From an uncultured Gemmatimonadaceae bacterium (lineage in GTDB: Bacteria; Gemmatimonadota; Gemmatimonadetes; Gemmatimonadales; Gemmatimonadaceae), in assembly GCA_963829055.1 (NCBI GenBank), contig CAWHHI010000004.1, positions 800,001 to 864,000 of the forward strand: a stretch of DNA of 64,000 nucleotides, given 5' to 3'. Of the stretch, positions 11,701 through 20,753 are shown in pieces. The translations under genes were made by a program, and so were the position numbers. The notes under the pieces are model-generated. The model had not been told where the DNA came from and searched no databases. It was given only the letters and a program-made list of their open reading frames with translations. Every line of letters begins with the position of its first letter. Within the stretch, counting starts at the first letter, position 1.

Positions 11701-11790
11701 CACGTCGATCGCCATCGCGCGTGCGGCGTCGAGAATGGTCGACCCTTCCGGGACCGTTATGGAGCGGCCGTCGATCGTGAGCGTTGGCAT
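8614..11790 (-). CDS. fdhF: Formate dehydrogenase alpha subunit (Mo/W-bisPGD, Cys-type) with N-terminal 2Fe-2S and 4Fe-4S domains
   Basis: PTLCWY..GNCRICLV, CILCTRCVRAC, CTWCGECVRVCP, SVCPYCGVGC, SAKCSNEENY, NNVDHCTRLCHSS, IRGQNNVQGASD, PEFKVCAV; C-terminus reads into the repeat. Confidence 0.9.
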   Translation of the reverse strand: MPTLTIDGRSITVPEGSTILDAARAMAIDVPTLCWYPKLPVVGNCRICLVQVEGSPKLVASCATAAADGMRVHTESDDARKNRQAVLSMLLERYPAEDIPRVGARNEFESLVQRYDVPTARRSGLPLREGDDRDGDPIIQHDMSTCILCTRCVRACEDIQVVGVLDVAHRGDHAQIIVGADGNPEHAGCTWCGECVRVCPTGAIHDILSLARPSDGNGDHNGSTRGNGRSNGEGASVHNGNGRAEREVSTRLPVLDRTVRSVCPYCGVGCQIDLQVKDNQVIHVKSPWIEEDTPNQGSTCVKGRFGYDFAQHRDRLTSPLIRRGWKKQDGRWVYDAADAARSTDGSPWPRRGGPWLEVKDESRTNKRRPRTNPLSTAPTGPSPLGDPRDRASTPSEWYSMFREATWDEALDLTAQELVRLRDTQGPNSLAVFQSAKCSNEENYILQRMFRAGIGTNNVDHCTRLCHSSSVSAMQRAMNTSAASGSMREIELETDVLFLLGANTTESHPVFGAAIKRAVKRGATLIVCDPRRIELAARADIHLQPLPGTDVALMNAMLHHILALELEDREFIARRTHAFDKVREAVAPYTPERGETITGVSADLIRRAAEIYARGPRSSTLWAMGLTQHSTGTDIVTALLNLILATGSIGRWGAAMIPIRGQNNVQGASDVGSIPMFYTDYQTVTDPAIRHTFASTWGVPDERIPLTPGLKVTQIAKEGSPVRGMFIMGENPIISDPDVSHAETWFRELEFLAVQDLFLTETARYADVVLPGASFAEKDGTYVNTERRIQLAKKAVEPPGDARGDLEIVIDLSNRIGLPTNFHNAADVMDEIARVTPSWRGVSHARLDGGPGLQYPVLDFSHPGTAYLFDENFPTADGKASFHPVEFLPPAELPDDEYPFFLNTGRQMYHWHTGTMTRRSFALDARESTPTVELNPADAEALGVRDGEVISISSRRGSIRIAARISGRVARHQVFVPMHYREAAVNLLTNPALDPYAGIPEFKVCAVKLAPVRDDDAERCRDDCHAFRAGCHSERASRKPTERRQMRNRNRPDRGPLYP

Positions 11791-12003
11791 GACACGGACT
11801 CGTCGAGGAGGACAGGCGATATTTTGGAGTATATAGCGCGTGCGGAGGACTAGCGATGGGAGCACGGCGTGCGTCGACGCGCATCATCGCGCCGACATCA
11901 TCGACGTGTTCTTGGCGATTATTGCATCGAGTATCTCATGACGACGAGCTCGATGATATCGCGAGATATCGCGCGATATGTCGTGTTGATTCACGCATGA
12001 CTA

Positions 12004-12032
12004 TTGCATCCACTTTTTTCTAGTTCTATATT
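12004..12032 (+). promoter_or_regulatory. Putative sigma-70 promoter of tldD
   Basis: TTGCAT-N17-TATATT about 40 bp upstream of the start codon. Confidence 0.6.
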
Positions 12033-12074
12033 CGCGAACAGTTCCTTTCTTGCGGCCAGCATCAAGGACACTGC

Positions 12075-13724
12075 GTGGCACCATCGCGACGAGCGTTTCT
12101 CAAGACGGCATCAGCGGCAGCAGCGACGATCGGCGTGAACGCCTGCGTCGGTTCTCAGCAGCCCCCCGCGAGCCCTCCTCGTCCCGATAACTCAGCCACT
12201 CCCGCCGCACCGCCCTCTACAACTGATGCAACGTACCGCGAGCTGGCAATGCTCGCGCTCGATGCCGCTCGCAGTGCGGGAGCGCAGTACGCAGACGTTC
12301 GCATCTCTCGCAATCGCGTGCAGTCCATCAACACGCGCGAACGGCGAGTACAGGGCCTCTCTGACAACGAGACGTTCGGCTTCGGTGTGCGCACGCTCGT
12401 TGGTGGCGCCTGGGGTTTCGCGGCGAGCAGTGACCTGACGCGAGATGAAGTCGCGCGCGTCGCTCGTCAGGCAGCAGAACAGGCGAAGGCGAATCGTGCG
12501 GCGCTCGTGCGCCCAGTCGTGCTTGCACCCGCACCAGTCACGAAGGAAGGCGTGTGGCGCAGCCCGGCGAAGATCGATCCGTTCGACATCGCCATTGAAG
12601 AGAAGGTGGCGCTGCTGCTTTCAGCGAATGAAGCGGCGCTCAAGGTTCAGGGCTCGCGCTTCGTGAACTCCGCGATGTTCTTCCTCCGCGAAGAGAAGAC
12701 GTACGCGAACAGCGAAGGCAGCTTCACCGTTCAAACGATCTATCGCGCGTCGCCGTCGATGACGGTGACTGCCGTCTCGACGGACTTCTCGGATTTTCAG
12801 TCGCGCCAATCGACCGACATCGCGCCAATGGGGCGCGGCTACGAGCACGTGCTCGACTCGAAGCTTGTCGAGAACGCGCCTCGGTGGGCAGAAGAAGCCG
12901 TGCAGAAGCTCTCGGCCAAGCCAGTCGACGTTGGTCGCTACGATCTCGTGCTGCACCCGTCGCACCTCGGTCTCACGATCCACGAATCGATTGCGCATCC
13001 GACCGAGCTCGATCGCGTGTACGGGTACGAGGCGAACTACGCCGGCACGAGCTTCGTATCGCCACCTGAGGAGAAGCTCGGGAAGTTCCGCTACGGCCCC
13101 GAGTTCATGAACATCCAGGGCGATCGCATGCAGGATGGATCGCTCGGTGCGGTCGGATGGGATGATGAAGGCGTGCAGCCCGAAACGTTCCTCATCATCA
13201 AGAACGGCGTCGTGAACGACTATCAGACCACGCGCGAGCAGGCGAACTGGCTGGAGTGGTGGTACAAGAGCCAGGGCAAGCAGACGCGCTCGCACGGATG
13301 CTCGTATGCGCAGTCGTGGTCGGACGTGCAGTTCCAGCGGATGCCGAACGTGTCGCTGCTGCCGGGCGAACAGAATCTCAAATGGGAAGATCTCATCGCG
13401 GCCACCGATCGCGGCATCGCCATCATCGGGGATGGGTCGTTCTCCATCGATCAGCAACGTTATAACGCGCAGTTCGGTGGCCAGCTGTTCTATGAGATCC
13501 GCGGCGGCAAGATCACCGGCATGCTGAAGGACGTCGCGTACCAGATGCGGACGCCGGAATTCTGGAACGCGATGGACATGATCGGGGGAAAGGACAGCTA
13601 CTGGCTGTGGGGCGCGTTTGGCGATGCGAAGGGTCAACCGTCGCAGTCGAATGCCGTCTCGCATGGATGTCCGCCGACGCGTCACCGCGGCATCAACGTC
13701 ATCAACACGGGACGTAAGGCGTGA
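12075..13724 (+). CDS. tldD: TldD family metalloprotease with Tat (lipo)protein signal
   Basis: SRRAFLK twin-arginine motif and VNAC; HESIAHPTELDR (HExxxH); GWDDEG; KGQPSQSNAVSHGCP. Confidence 0.9.
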   Translation: MAPSRRAFLKTASAAAATIGVNACVGSQQPPASPPRPDNSATPAAPPSTTDATYRELAMLALDAARSAGAQYADVRISRNRVQSINTRERRVQGLSDNETFGFGVRTLVGGAWGFAASSDLTRDEVARVARQAAEQAKANRAALVRPVVLAPAPVTKEGVWRSPAKIDPFDIAIEEKVALLLSANEAALKVQGSRFVNSAMFFLREEKTYANSEGSFTVQTIYRASPSMTVTAVSTDFSDFQSRQSTDIAPMGRGYEHVLDSKLVENAPRWAEEAVQKLSAKPVDVGRYDLVLHPSHLGLTIHESIAHPTELDRVYGYEANYAGTSFVSPPEEKLGKFRYGPEFMNIQGDRMQDGSLGAVGWDDEGVQPETFLIIKNGVVNDYQTTREQANWLEWWYKSQGKQTRSHGCSYAQSWSDVQFQRMPNVSLLPGEQNLKWEDLIAATDRGIAIIGDGSFSIDQQRYNAQFGGQLFYEIRGGKITGMLKDVAYQMRTPEFWNAMDMIGGKDSYWLWGAFGDAKGQPSQSNAVSHGCPPTRHRGINVINTGRKA

Positions 13725-15094
13725 GCAGTCTCCGCTCTCTCGTCACTGCGGCGCGCACCATGGGCCGCGAAGAGTGCGAAGCGCTCGCCAAGCGCGCGCT
13801 GTCGTTCGCCTCTGCAGACGAGACCCGCGTCAACATCAACAGCGGCGGGCGAGGCAACACACGGTTCGCCGTCAATCAGATCTCGACGGGCGGCGACAAC
13901 TACGACGCGACGATCGCCATCCGCAGCGCGTTCGGCAAGCGCAGCAGCGTCGTGAATACGAACAAGCTCGATGACGCGAGTCTCAAGGCGGCCGTGCAAC
14001 TCGCCGAGCGCCTCGCGAAGTTGTCGCCGGAAGATCCCGAGGCGATGCCCGAGCTGCCGCCGCAGACATATACCGAGTCGCGTGGCTGGAGCGATACGAC
14101 GGCGTCACTCGATCCGACGGCGCGCGCCAACGCGGCGCGCGCGATCACCGAACCTGCTCGCGCTGCGGGACTCGTCTCCACGGGTTACCTCGAGACACAG
14201 GCCGGTGCGACCGCGATCGCGAATTCAAAAGGATTGTTCGCCTACGGCCGGCAGACGGCTCTCTCGCTGACGACGACCGTTCGCACCGAGGACGGAACGG
14301 GATCCGGTTGGGCGGGAGCGACGAGTCATGACTTCTCGAAGCTCGATCCGAAGGACCTCGGCGCACGTGCAATCGACAAGGCGCGTCGCTCGGTCAACGC
14401 TGTCGCGGTCGAACCCGGGCGCTACACCGTCATCCTCGAACCCACGGCTGTCGGGAATCTCATCCAGTTCATCGTGTTCGCGATGAACGCGCGAAATGCA
14501 GACGAAGGCCGCTCGTTCTTCTCGAAGGCTGGGGGCGGGAACAAGATCGGAATGAAGGTCGTCGATGAGCGCGTGACGATTTCGTCCGATCCACTCGATC
14601 CCGAGGCGTATGCGAACACGTTCTCGAACGATGGACAACCCATCGCGAAGACGACGTGGATCGAGAACGGCGTCGTCAAGAATCTCTCGTATGACCGCTT
14701 CTGGGCGCAGAAGCAGGGCAAGGAGCCGCTGCCTACCGCGGGGACGGTGCGCATGTCCGGCGGCACTAGCAGCACCGAGGAACTGATCGCGTCGACGGAG
14801 CGCGGTATCCTCGTCACGCGCTTCTGGTACCTTCGCCCCGTTGATCCGCGGACGATTCTCTACACCGGACTCACGCGCGACGGCACGTTTCTCATAGAGC
14901 GCGGACGCATTACGCGGCCGATAAAAAACTTTCGCTTCAACGACTCACCCGTCTACATGCTCAACAACCTCGACGCGATGGGCCGCGCGGTTCGTGTGAG
15001 TGCGAGCGAGGCTGGAGGACCGGGCCAGGCGATCGTTGTACCGCCGATCAAGGTGCGCGATTTCAACTTCACGAGCTTGAGCGATGCAGTTTGA
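13721..15094 (+). CDS. TldE/PmbA family partner subunit
   Basis: GNTRFAVNQI, EPGRYTVILEP, GILVTRFWY, TGLTRDGTF, KNFRFN; GTGA overlap with tldD. Confidence 0.88.
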   Translation: MSSLRSLVTAARTMGREECEALAKRALSFASADETRVNINSGGRGNTRFAVNQISTGGDNYDATIAIRSAFGKRSSVVNTNKLDDASLKAAVQLAERLAKLSPEDPEAMPELPPQTYTESRGWSDTTASLDPTARANAARAITEPARAAGLVSTGYLETQAGATAIANSKGLFAYGRQTALSLTTTVRTEDGTGSGWAGATSHDFSKLDPKDLGARAIDKARRSVNAVAVEPGRYTVILEPTAVGNLIQFIVFAMNARNADEGRSFFSKAGGGNKIGMKVVDERVTISSDPLDPEAYANTFSNDGQPIAKTTWIENGVVKNLSYDRFWAQKQGKEPLPTAGTVRMSGGTSSTEELIASTERGILVTRFWYLRPVDPRTILYTGLTRDGTFLIERGRITRPIKNFRFNDSPVYMLNNLDAMGRAVRVSASEAGGPGQAIVVPPIKVRDFNFTSLSDAV

Positions 15095-15332
15095 TGCCGT
15101 TTGATCGCGGTTTGATGTTGCTATTCGCATTTTCTCGTCGTGATGCTATTAGGTTCAACTCGTAACAAACGAACAAGGTCAATCGTCCGATAGCGGACAA
15201 GACAATCGAACATCGTGCGCGCTGTACGAGCGCATAACGAATCGGCCGTGTACCCTCGGGTGCGCGGTCGCTAGCCCGACGGTCCACCGGGGGATCGAAC
15301 GGGTTTTCCACTCCAGTACTGGAGATCGTACC

Positions 15333-15413
15333 ATGCCAATGAAAAAGAAAGCCGCGAAGAAAGCCGCGAAGAAGAAGGGTGGCGCCAAGAAGAAGGCCGC
15401 CAAGAAGAAGTAG
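15333..15413 (+). CDS. 26-aa Lys/Ala-rich basic microprotein MPMKKKAAKKAAKKKGGAKKKAAKKK
   Basis: GGAG SD at 15321-15324, ATG at 15333, host-like codons (aag/gcc/gcg), own terminator; too short for the ORF track. Confidence 0.7.
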   Translation: MPMKKKAAKKAAKKKGGAKKKAAKKK

Positions 15414-15432
15414 TTGGTAGGCAAGACGTACA

Positions 15433-15468
15433 GAGAAGCCGGCCGAGAGGCCGGCTTCTTTGTTTTCT
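15433..15468 (+). terminator. Intrinsic terminator after the microprotein gene
   Basis: agaagccggcc-gaga-ggccggcttct followed by ttgttttct. Confidence 0.8.
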
Positions 15469-15486
15469 GCCCGACGAATGAACTGA

Positions 15487-16471
15487 CTACCGAGCGTAGC
15501 GCGCCGAGGCCAACTCCACGATCTGTCCTATGAGCGCGTCATACGCGATGCCGTCTCGCTCCGCGGCGCGCGCGAATTCGCTCTTCGCCTCGAGATAGCA
15601 GTTCGGGTTCACCTCGATGATGAACACCTCACCCTCATCTGTGACCCGCATATCGATGCGCGCGTAGTCACGAAGCCTGAGCGCATGAAACGCCTCGACG
15701 GCGACCTTCTGCATCCGGTCGCGTAGCTCGTCAGGCAGATCGTCAGGGAAGATCGACTCGGTGCCGGCGAACTCCGCGCCCTTCTCGTCGCCATCGTCAC
15801 CCCACTTCGCAGCCCAACTCGCGATGCGAGGTTTGTCAGCCGGGAACTTCGAGAAGTCCAACTCGATGATCGGCAAGGCACGCGCGTTCTGGTTGCCGAG
15901 CACCCCGACGTAGAACTCGCGCCCTTCGATGAACTCCTCGGCGAGTGCCGGCGACTGATACTCTGTCTGCAACTCGCCGATCTTCTCGAGTAGCTCGCGC
16001 ACGTCACGCACCACCGACTTGTGCGTGATGCCGAGCGACGCGTCTTCCTGCGGCGGCTTCATGATCGAGCGGGAACTTCACGTCACCGGCCCAATCGACC
16101 GCGCCACGATACACGGTCGCGAACTCGGGCGTCTTGATGCCGTGAAACTGAAGCACCTTCTTGCTCAGCGTCTTGTCGCCGGCGACGAGCAAGCCCGCGG
16201 GGCTCGATCCTGTGTAGCGGAGATCGATGAGGTTCAGCAGCGCGGCGATGTTCGATTCCAGCGCGCTCTTTCCCGCGAATGATTCCGCGAGGTTGATGAC
16301 GAGGTCGGGACGATCGCTCGTCAACGCCGACACGACCGGCTCCACCGCGTTGTCGACCATCACGCGCCGCGTCTCGTGTCCACCGCCGTGCAGCGCGCCT
16401 TCGATCTGACCAAGGACTGGATCTTCCTCGCCATCGACGGCGTCCTTCGTATGCAGTAGTACGATTTTCAC
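15487..16471 (-). CDS. ATP-grasp ligase of the D-Ala-D-Ala ligase-like family (frameshift near 16065)
   Basis: YTGSSPAGL..DKTLSKKVL, FPLIMKP.EDASLGI, EEFIEGREF, YARIDMR, IIEVNPNC. Confidence 0.85.
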
Positions 16472-17517
16472 GTTTCTTCTCCGCGGGGATTCCCGTGTAG
16501 TGCGTCGGTGAGTCGATAGTTCATCATCACGGCGGTGCCGAAGGCCGTGAGCTCGATGAGGGTCGATGCATCGAGCCCGCGCACGCGCAGCTCGAGCGCC
16601 GCGGAACGCTGGATAAGGAAGTCGATGAATGCACGAACGGTGATCGTGCTCTCGCCCGTCCAGTACGCGATGCGCGACACGATCTCGCGCCGATGCCGGC
16701 GAATGAACTCGGTCGCGACTTCGCCGTCCGGCGCCTCCTCCGCGGATCCGAAGAGCGTGCGCAGGTCGCCGTCGAAATGCCGTTCGTCGTCGAGCGGCAA
16801 CGGCTCGTCGAGACTTCGATAGTGCTCGGCGAGCGTGTACTGCATCGACTCGACAGGCAGGTCATCTTCTCCGGGCACGCCGACCGTGGGCGGGTCGTCG
16901 CCCAGGTCCTGCATAACGCGATCGACGTATTCGAGCTTCGCCAGCGCCGGCCACCCTGCGTACTCCGTTCTCCAATCCCGCCCAGGCGTGAGCCACACCG
17001 CGAACGACTCGGCGAAGTCCTCGTCCGGGTGCTTCTGCGCATACCAGCCGAGAATGTGGCGCACGTACTCGCGCGAGAACGGGTTCGCGCGGAACCGGTC
17101 GCGATACGGGCGCGAATACGGGCCGAAGATGCGGCGCCAGTCAGCGCGGTCGTAGAGGCGGTACGCGTAGTTGAACGCATGGCCGGCCTCGTGACGTAGG
17201 AAGCGCATCACGTCGACTTCCGATTCCACCTCGACGGCCAACTCCTCCTCGATGCGTGCGAGTCGCTGGTCGGCGAGATAGAACGGGATTCCAATGAGTG
17301 GCGTGTCGTCCGGGCATCCCCACTCATCGCTCAGGTAGACCGGCGGGTGGAAGCGCAGCCCCTTCGCATCGAGCTCGGCGTAGAGGCGATCGACGTACTT
17401 CTCCACGAGCGACCCGCTGATAGACAGGCCAAGCTCCGATATCCGCCGATCCAACAACGATCGGCGCTCTCCCTCCCAGTCATTCGACGAGTCATGCACG
17501 AGGTCGTGAGAAGGCAA
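16468..17517 (-). CDS. Putative zinc-binding metallopeptidase (Peptidase_Mx-like)
   Basis: RHEAGHAF (HExxH), YAQKHPDEDFAESFAVWL, LAKLEYV; translationally coupled to the ATP-grasp gene. Confidence 0.8.
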   Translation of the reverse strand: MPSHDLVHDSSNDWEGERRSLLDRRISELGLSISGSLVEKYVDRLYAELDAKGLRFHPPVYLSDEWGCPDDTPLIGIPFYLADQRLARIEEELAVEVESEVDVMRFLRHEAGHAFNYAYRLYDRADWRRIFGPYSRPYRDRFRANPFSREYVRHILGWYAQKHPDEDFAESFAVWLTPGRDWRTEYAGWPALAKLEYVDRVMQDLGDDPPTVGVPGEDDLPVESMQYTLAEHYRSLDEPLPLDDERHFDGDLRTLFGSAEEAPDGEVATEFIRRHRREIVSRIAYWTGESTITVRAFIDFLIQRSAALELRVRGLDASTLIELTAFGTAVMMNYRLTDALHGNPRGEET

Positions 17518-17535
17518 GGCGCATACCGACTTGCC

Positions 17536-17568
17536 GAAAAAGAAAACCCCGCCATTGCTGGCGGGGCT
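17536..17568 (-). terminator. Intrinsic terminator downstream of the small ORF
   Basis: Minus strand: ccccgcca-gcaa-tggcgggg followed by ttttcttttt. Confidence 0.75.
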
Positions 17569-17594
17569 GATAGATCGGTCGGGTGTAGTCGCTG

Positions 17595-17759
17595 TTACGC
17601 GGCTCGCGGCTCCGCCACCGCCGGCGCAACGTCGCCCACCTGGCTCCAGACATACGCCGCGAATCTCGGTGTGCTTTCGCCTCGACTGCCGCGCGAGATC
17701 ACGATCCCCATGGGCTCGTCGTTCGGCCAGCTCTCACGAATATCAGTCATCGTCGTCAT
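17595..17759 (-). CDS. Small hypothetical protein (about 51-54 aa) MTTMTDIRESWPNDEPMGIVISRGSRGESTPRFAAYVWSQVGDVAPAVAEPRAA
   Basis: Manual translation; GGAG SD upstream; followed by a terminator. Confidence 0.55.
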   Translation of the reverse strand: MTTMTDIRESWPNDEPMGIVISRGSRGESTPRFAAYVWSQVGDVAPAVAEPRAA

Positions 17760-18091
17760 CTCCGAGTCAGGGAAGCCGGCAGATCACAATCGGCTCCCAG
17801 TGCACTAGCGCGTTGGACTACGGCTGCTTGCGCTGCTTTGTGTCGAGCTTGCTGACGACGACAGGCGGCCGATGCTCCACGAGAACGGGTCGCGGGCTCG
17901 ACCGCCTGTCATCCCACCTTCTATAAAGAGAAGGGGTCGTATCAGCACCCCCGCTCATAGCACCGGTGGTGCCATTGCGTACTTGCGAGACGCAAGTGCT
18001 TTTCTGACAATCACATACACAAAACAAAGCCGACGCCAACGGCGCCGGCTGTCTCAAAAAGACACACTCGCAGAGGACACTTCGTATCAAT

Positions 18092-18874
18092 TCATGACGA
18101 CTCGGCGACTGCCTTGCGGGCGAAGAACGTTGGGGACGCCGAGTCTTCGCGCTCGACAGAGATGGACCAGCCACGGTACTGGGCGCGGAGTTCCTCGATC
18201 GTGAGCGCGGTCTGCCCAGCGACGATGGTCTCGACGAGATGAACCCCACCATCGAGTGTCGCACTCTGGAGCAGCTCGATGACGCGCGCCCTGTCGAGGT
18301 CGGACAATCCGACAAACGCGGCGGGCGAGCAAACGACGGCGGTGAGCGGGCCATCAGGAGCCCATTCACTAAGCGGGCTCATGAACGCGTTCACCTGCCG
18401 CGCCAGACCAACCGCCTCGGCCGCAATCATGACGCGCTCGACAACGTCGGGGGCGTCTCCAACGGCTGTGACCGTGCATCCATTCGCGGCGAGATAAAGC
18501 GTCGACTCGGATACCCGCGGTCCGGTGACCAGTACGTGTGCCTCCGTGCATGCGGAGATCGCGCGGACCAAGGGCGCGTCAGGCAGCATGCCCCAGTGTT
18601 CCGGCCGGCGGTACTCCGCGAGACGCTTCAGCCGACGGCGCTTCCATGCCGCGTAGTTCGGAATACGAAGGCGGCTCGTGATTATGCGGTCGACCTCCGC
18701 CCAGAGCACGAGCTCATCGAACGCTACCTGCTCTTGTGCGCGAAGCTTGGCGACGGCTTCATCGCCGATGCTGAGAATCGCCGAGCGCGGAATCGAGTCT
18801 TTGTAGTCCTCGATTTCCCGCTCCACGTACAGCTCGTATTCGTATTTGAGCGACCGGTGTTGTTGATGCGACAT
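18092..18874 (-). CDS. Hypothetical protein with a degenerate class I SAM-methyltransferase-like C-terminal fold
   Basis: Long ORF with host codon usage; LYLAANGCTVTAV and ATLDGGVHLV resemble MTase strands. Confidence 0.6.
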   Translation of the reverse strand: MSHQQHRSLKYEYELYVEREIEDYKDSIPRSAILSIGDEAVAKLRAQEQVAFDELVLWAEVDRIITSRLRIPNYAAWKRRRLKRLAEYRRPEHWGMLPDAPLVRAISACTEAHVLVTGPRVSESTLYLAANGCTVTAVGDAPDVVERVMIAAEAVGLARQVNAFMSPLSEWAPDGPLTAVVCSPAAFVGLSDLDRARVIELLQSATLDGGVHLVETIVAGQTALTIEELRAQYRGWSISVEREDSASPTFFARKAVAESS

Positions 18875-18939
18875 GAACCTCGAAGCCGGAGCGCTAATCA
18901 CAAATGCAATAGTAGAACGACCGGTCGTATGCGCAAGTC

Positions 18940-19863
18940 TCAGCTTGGCTCGACATGGACGACTACTTCGGAAGCGCCGAGCGCTTCGGCGATGCGATTT
19001 TCGACTTCGTCAGCGATTTCGTGTGCGTCCGCGACGCTGGTCGAGCCAGCCACTCCGACCGTCACCTCTGCGAAAACGACGCCGGATGCACCGGCGCGCG
19101 AGCGCACGCTTCGAACCTCCTCGATCCGCGGAATGCTCTCCACGAGCCGCCGGACATCAGCCGAATCGAGACCACGTTCGTCCACCAGAATCGGAACCGT
19201 TTCCTTGAGGATCTGGTAGCCGTTTCGGGCGATGATGAGCGCCACAAGCAGTGCCAGCACCGGGTCGAGATGCCCCAAGCCAAATCGCGTCAGTCCAAGC
19301 GACGCGATGGCGAGCAGCGTGACGTACACGTCGCTATGCGTGTGGGCGGCGTCGGCAATGAGGAAAGAGCTCGCGAGCTCTCGCCCGCGTCGACGCTCGT
19401 AGACGACGATGAGGGCGTTGACCACCAGCGTGAAGCCGATCAAGCCGACTTCGAGGAGCGTGGGGGTCTCCGGCGAGTCGGATCGCCGCAGCTGCACGAT
19501 GCCTTCGCGCAGGAGCTCGAAGCACGAGATCGAGAGGAACGTGACGATCGCGAGTGCACCGAGCGTCTCGAACTTCGCGTGGCCGTACGGATGGCTTTCG
19601 TCCGGGCCGCGCGCAGCGACCGTGACGAGCACCATGCCGACGATGTTGTTGAACACGTCGAGCGATGACTCGAGCGCGGCTCCCAGGACCGAGAGCGCGC
19701 CTGTCCTGAGGCCGACCATTACCTTGATCGCGACGACGATCAGGTTGAGCACGAGCACGCGTGCGAGCACGCCGCGCACGGCGGACGGGCGCGCCGTGTG
19801 TGAGACCGAGGCGGCCGCCTCGGATGTTGGAGCTTTGCGTGGAGAAGGCGGCGCGGCGGTCAC
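18940..19863 (-). CDS. Cation diffusion facilitator family transporter
   Basis: PDESHPYGHAKFE, IADAAHTHSD, VADAHEIADEVE, VVVHVEP; start codon uncertain. Confidence 0.9.
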   Translation of the reverse strand: MTAAPPSPRKAPTSEAAASVSHTARPSAVRGVLARVLVLNLIVVAIKVMVGLRTGALSVLGAALESSLDVFNNIVGMVLVTVAARGPDESHPYGHAKFETLGALAIVTFLSISCFELLREGIVQLRRSDSPETPTLLEVGLIGFTLVVNALIVVYERRRGRELASSFLIADAAHTHSDVYVTLLAIASLGLTRFGLGHLDPVLALLVALIIARNGYQILKETVPILVDERGLDSADVRRLVESIPRIEEVRSVRSRAGASGVVFAEVTVGVAGSTSVADAHEIADEVENRIAEALGASEVVVHVEPS

Positions 19864-19940
19864 GTCGGGAGTTTCACCGGACGACAGAACCGTGTCAACG
19901 CCAATCCGTGAAATGGCGTGGACACGCCATGGGAGTTGGA

Positions 19941-20724
19941 ATGCCTGAGCTACCCGAAGTCGAGTATGCGTCGCGCGTGCTGCGGGCGGCGGTCGTGGGC
20001 CGGACGATCGGCAAAGTGACGGTACTGCATCCATCACAGCGGCGGCAGTTACCTCCGCGTGATGTCGCGCGGCTGGTTGGCACGACGATCAGTACGGTCG
20101 AACGCCGCGGAAAGCACCAACTCATCGGTCTGTCGTCCGGGGATACGCTCGTGGTGCACTTTCGCATGACGGGGGATTGGCTCGTCGACTCGATAACGGA
20201 TGACGTCCCGCGCTTCGCACGGGTCGTCGTCGAGCTGACGGACGGCGTGCGGGTGTCACTCGTCGACCCGCGCGCGTTGTCGACCGTGAGCCTGCATCGC
20301 GATGGCGACGCATCGCTCCCTGTGCTCGGTCCCGACGCCGCCGACCCGACACTTAGTGTCGAGGCATTCGGCGTCGCGCTGTCACGGCGTCGAGCCGCCA
20401 TTAAGGTGGCGTTGCTGGATCAGCGTGTGTTGGCGGGGGTCGGGAACATCTACGCGGCTGAAGCACTCTGGCTCGCGCGCATCAACCCGCAGGCGGTGGC
20501 GTCCTCGTTGTCTGCGCGCGCGTCGCGTTCGTTTGCTCGAGGCCATTCGGTCGGTGCTCGACAAGGCGCAGCGGTCGAGCGGGCGCTATCGCGACGACGG
20601 TGTCGGCCGATTCGAGGTGTACGATCGGGAAGGGCTGCCGTGCACGCGGTGCGGCCACCGAATTCGTCGCATTGTGCAGGGTGGCCGCTCGACGTACTTC
20701 TGCCCGCACTGTCAGCGTCGTTAG
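19941..20724 (+). CDS. mutM: Formamidopyrimidine-DNA glycosylase (frameshift near 20515)
   Basis: [35 protein letters not shown], zinc finger CTRCG...FCPHCQ. Confidence 0.93.
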
Positions 20725-20753
20725 GCCGTCGTACCTAACGCCGAGTCGTGGCA

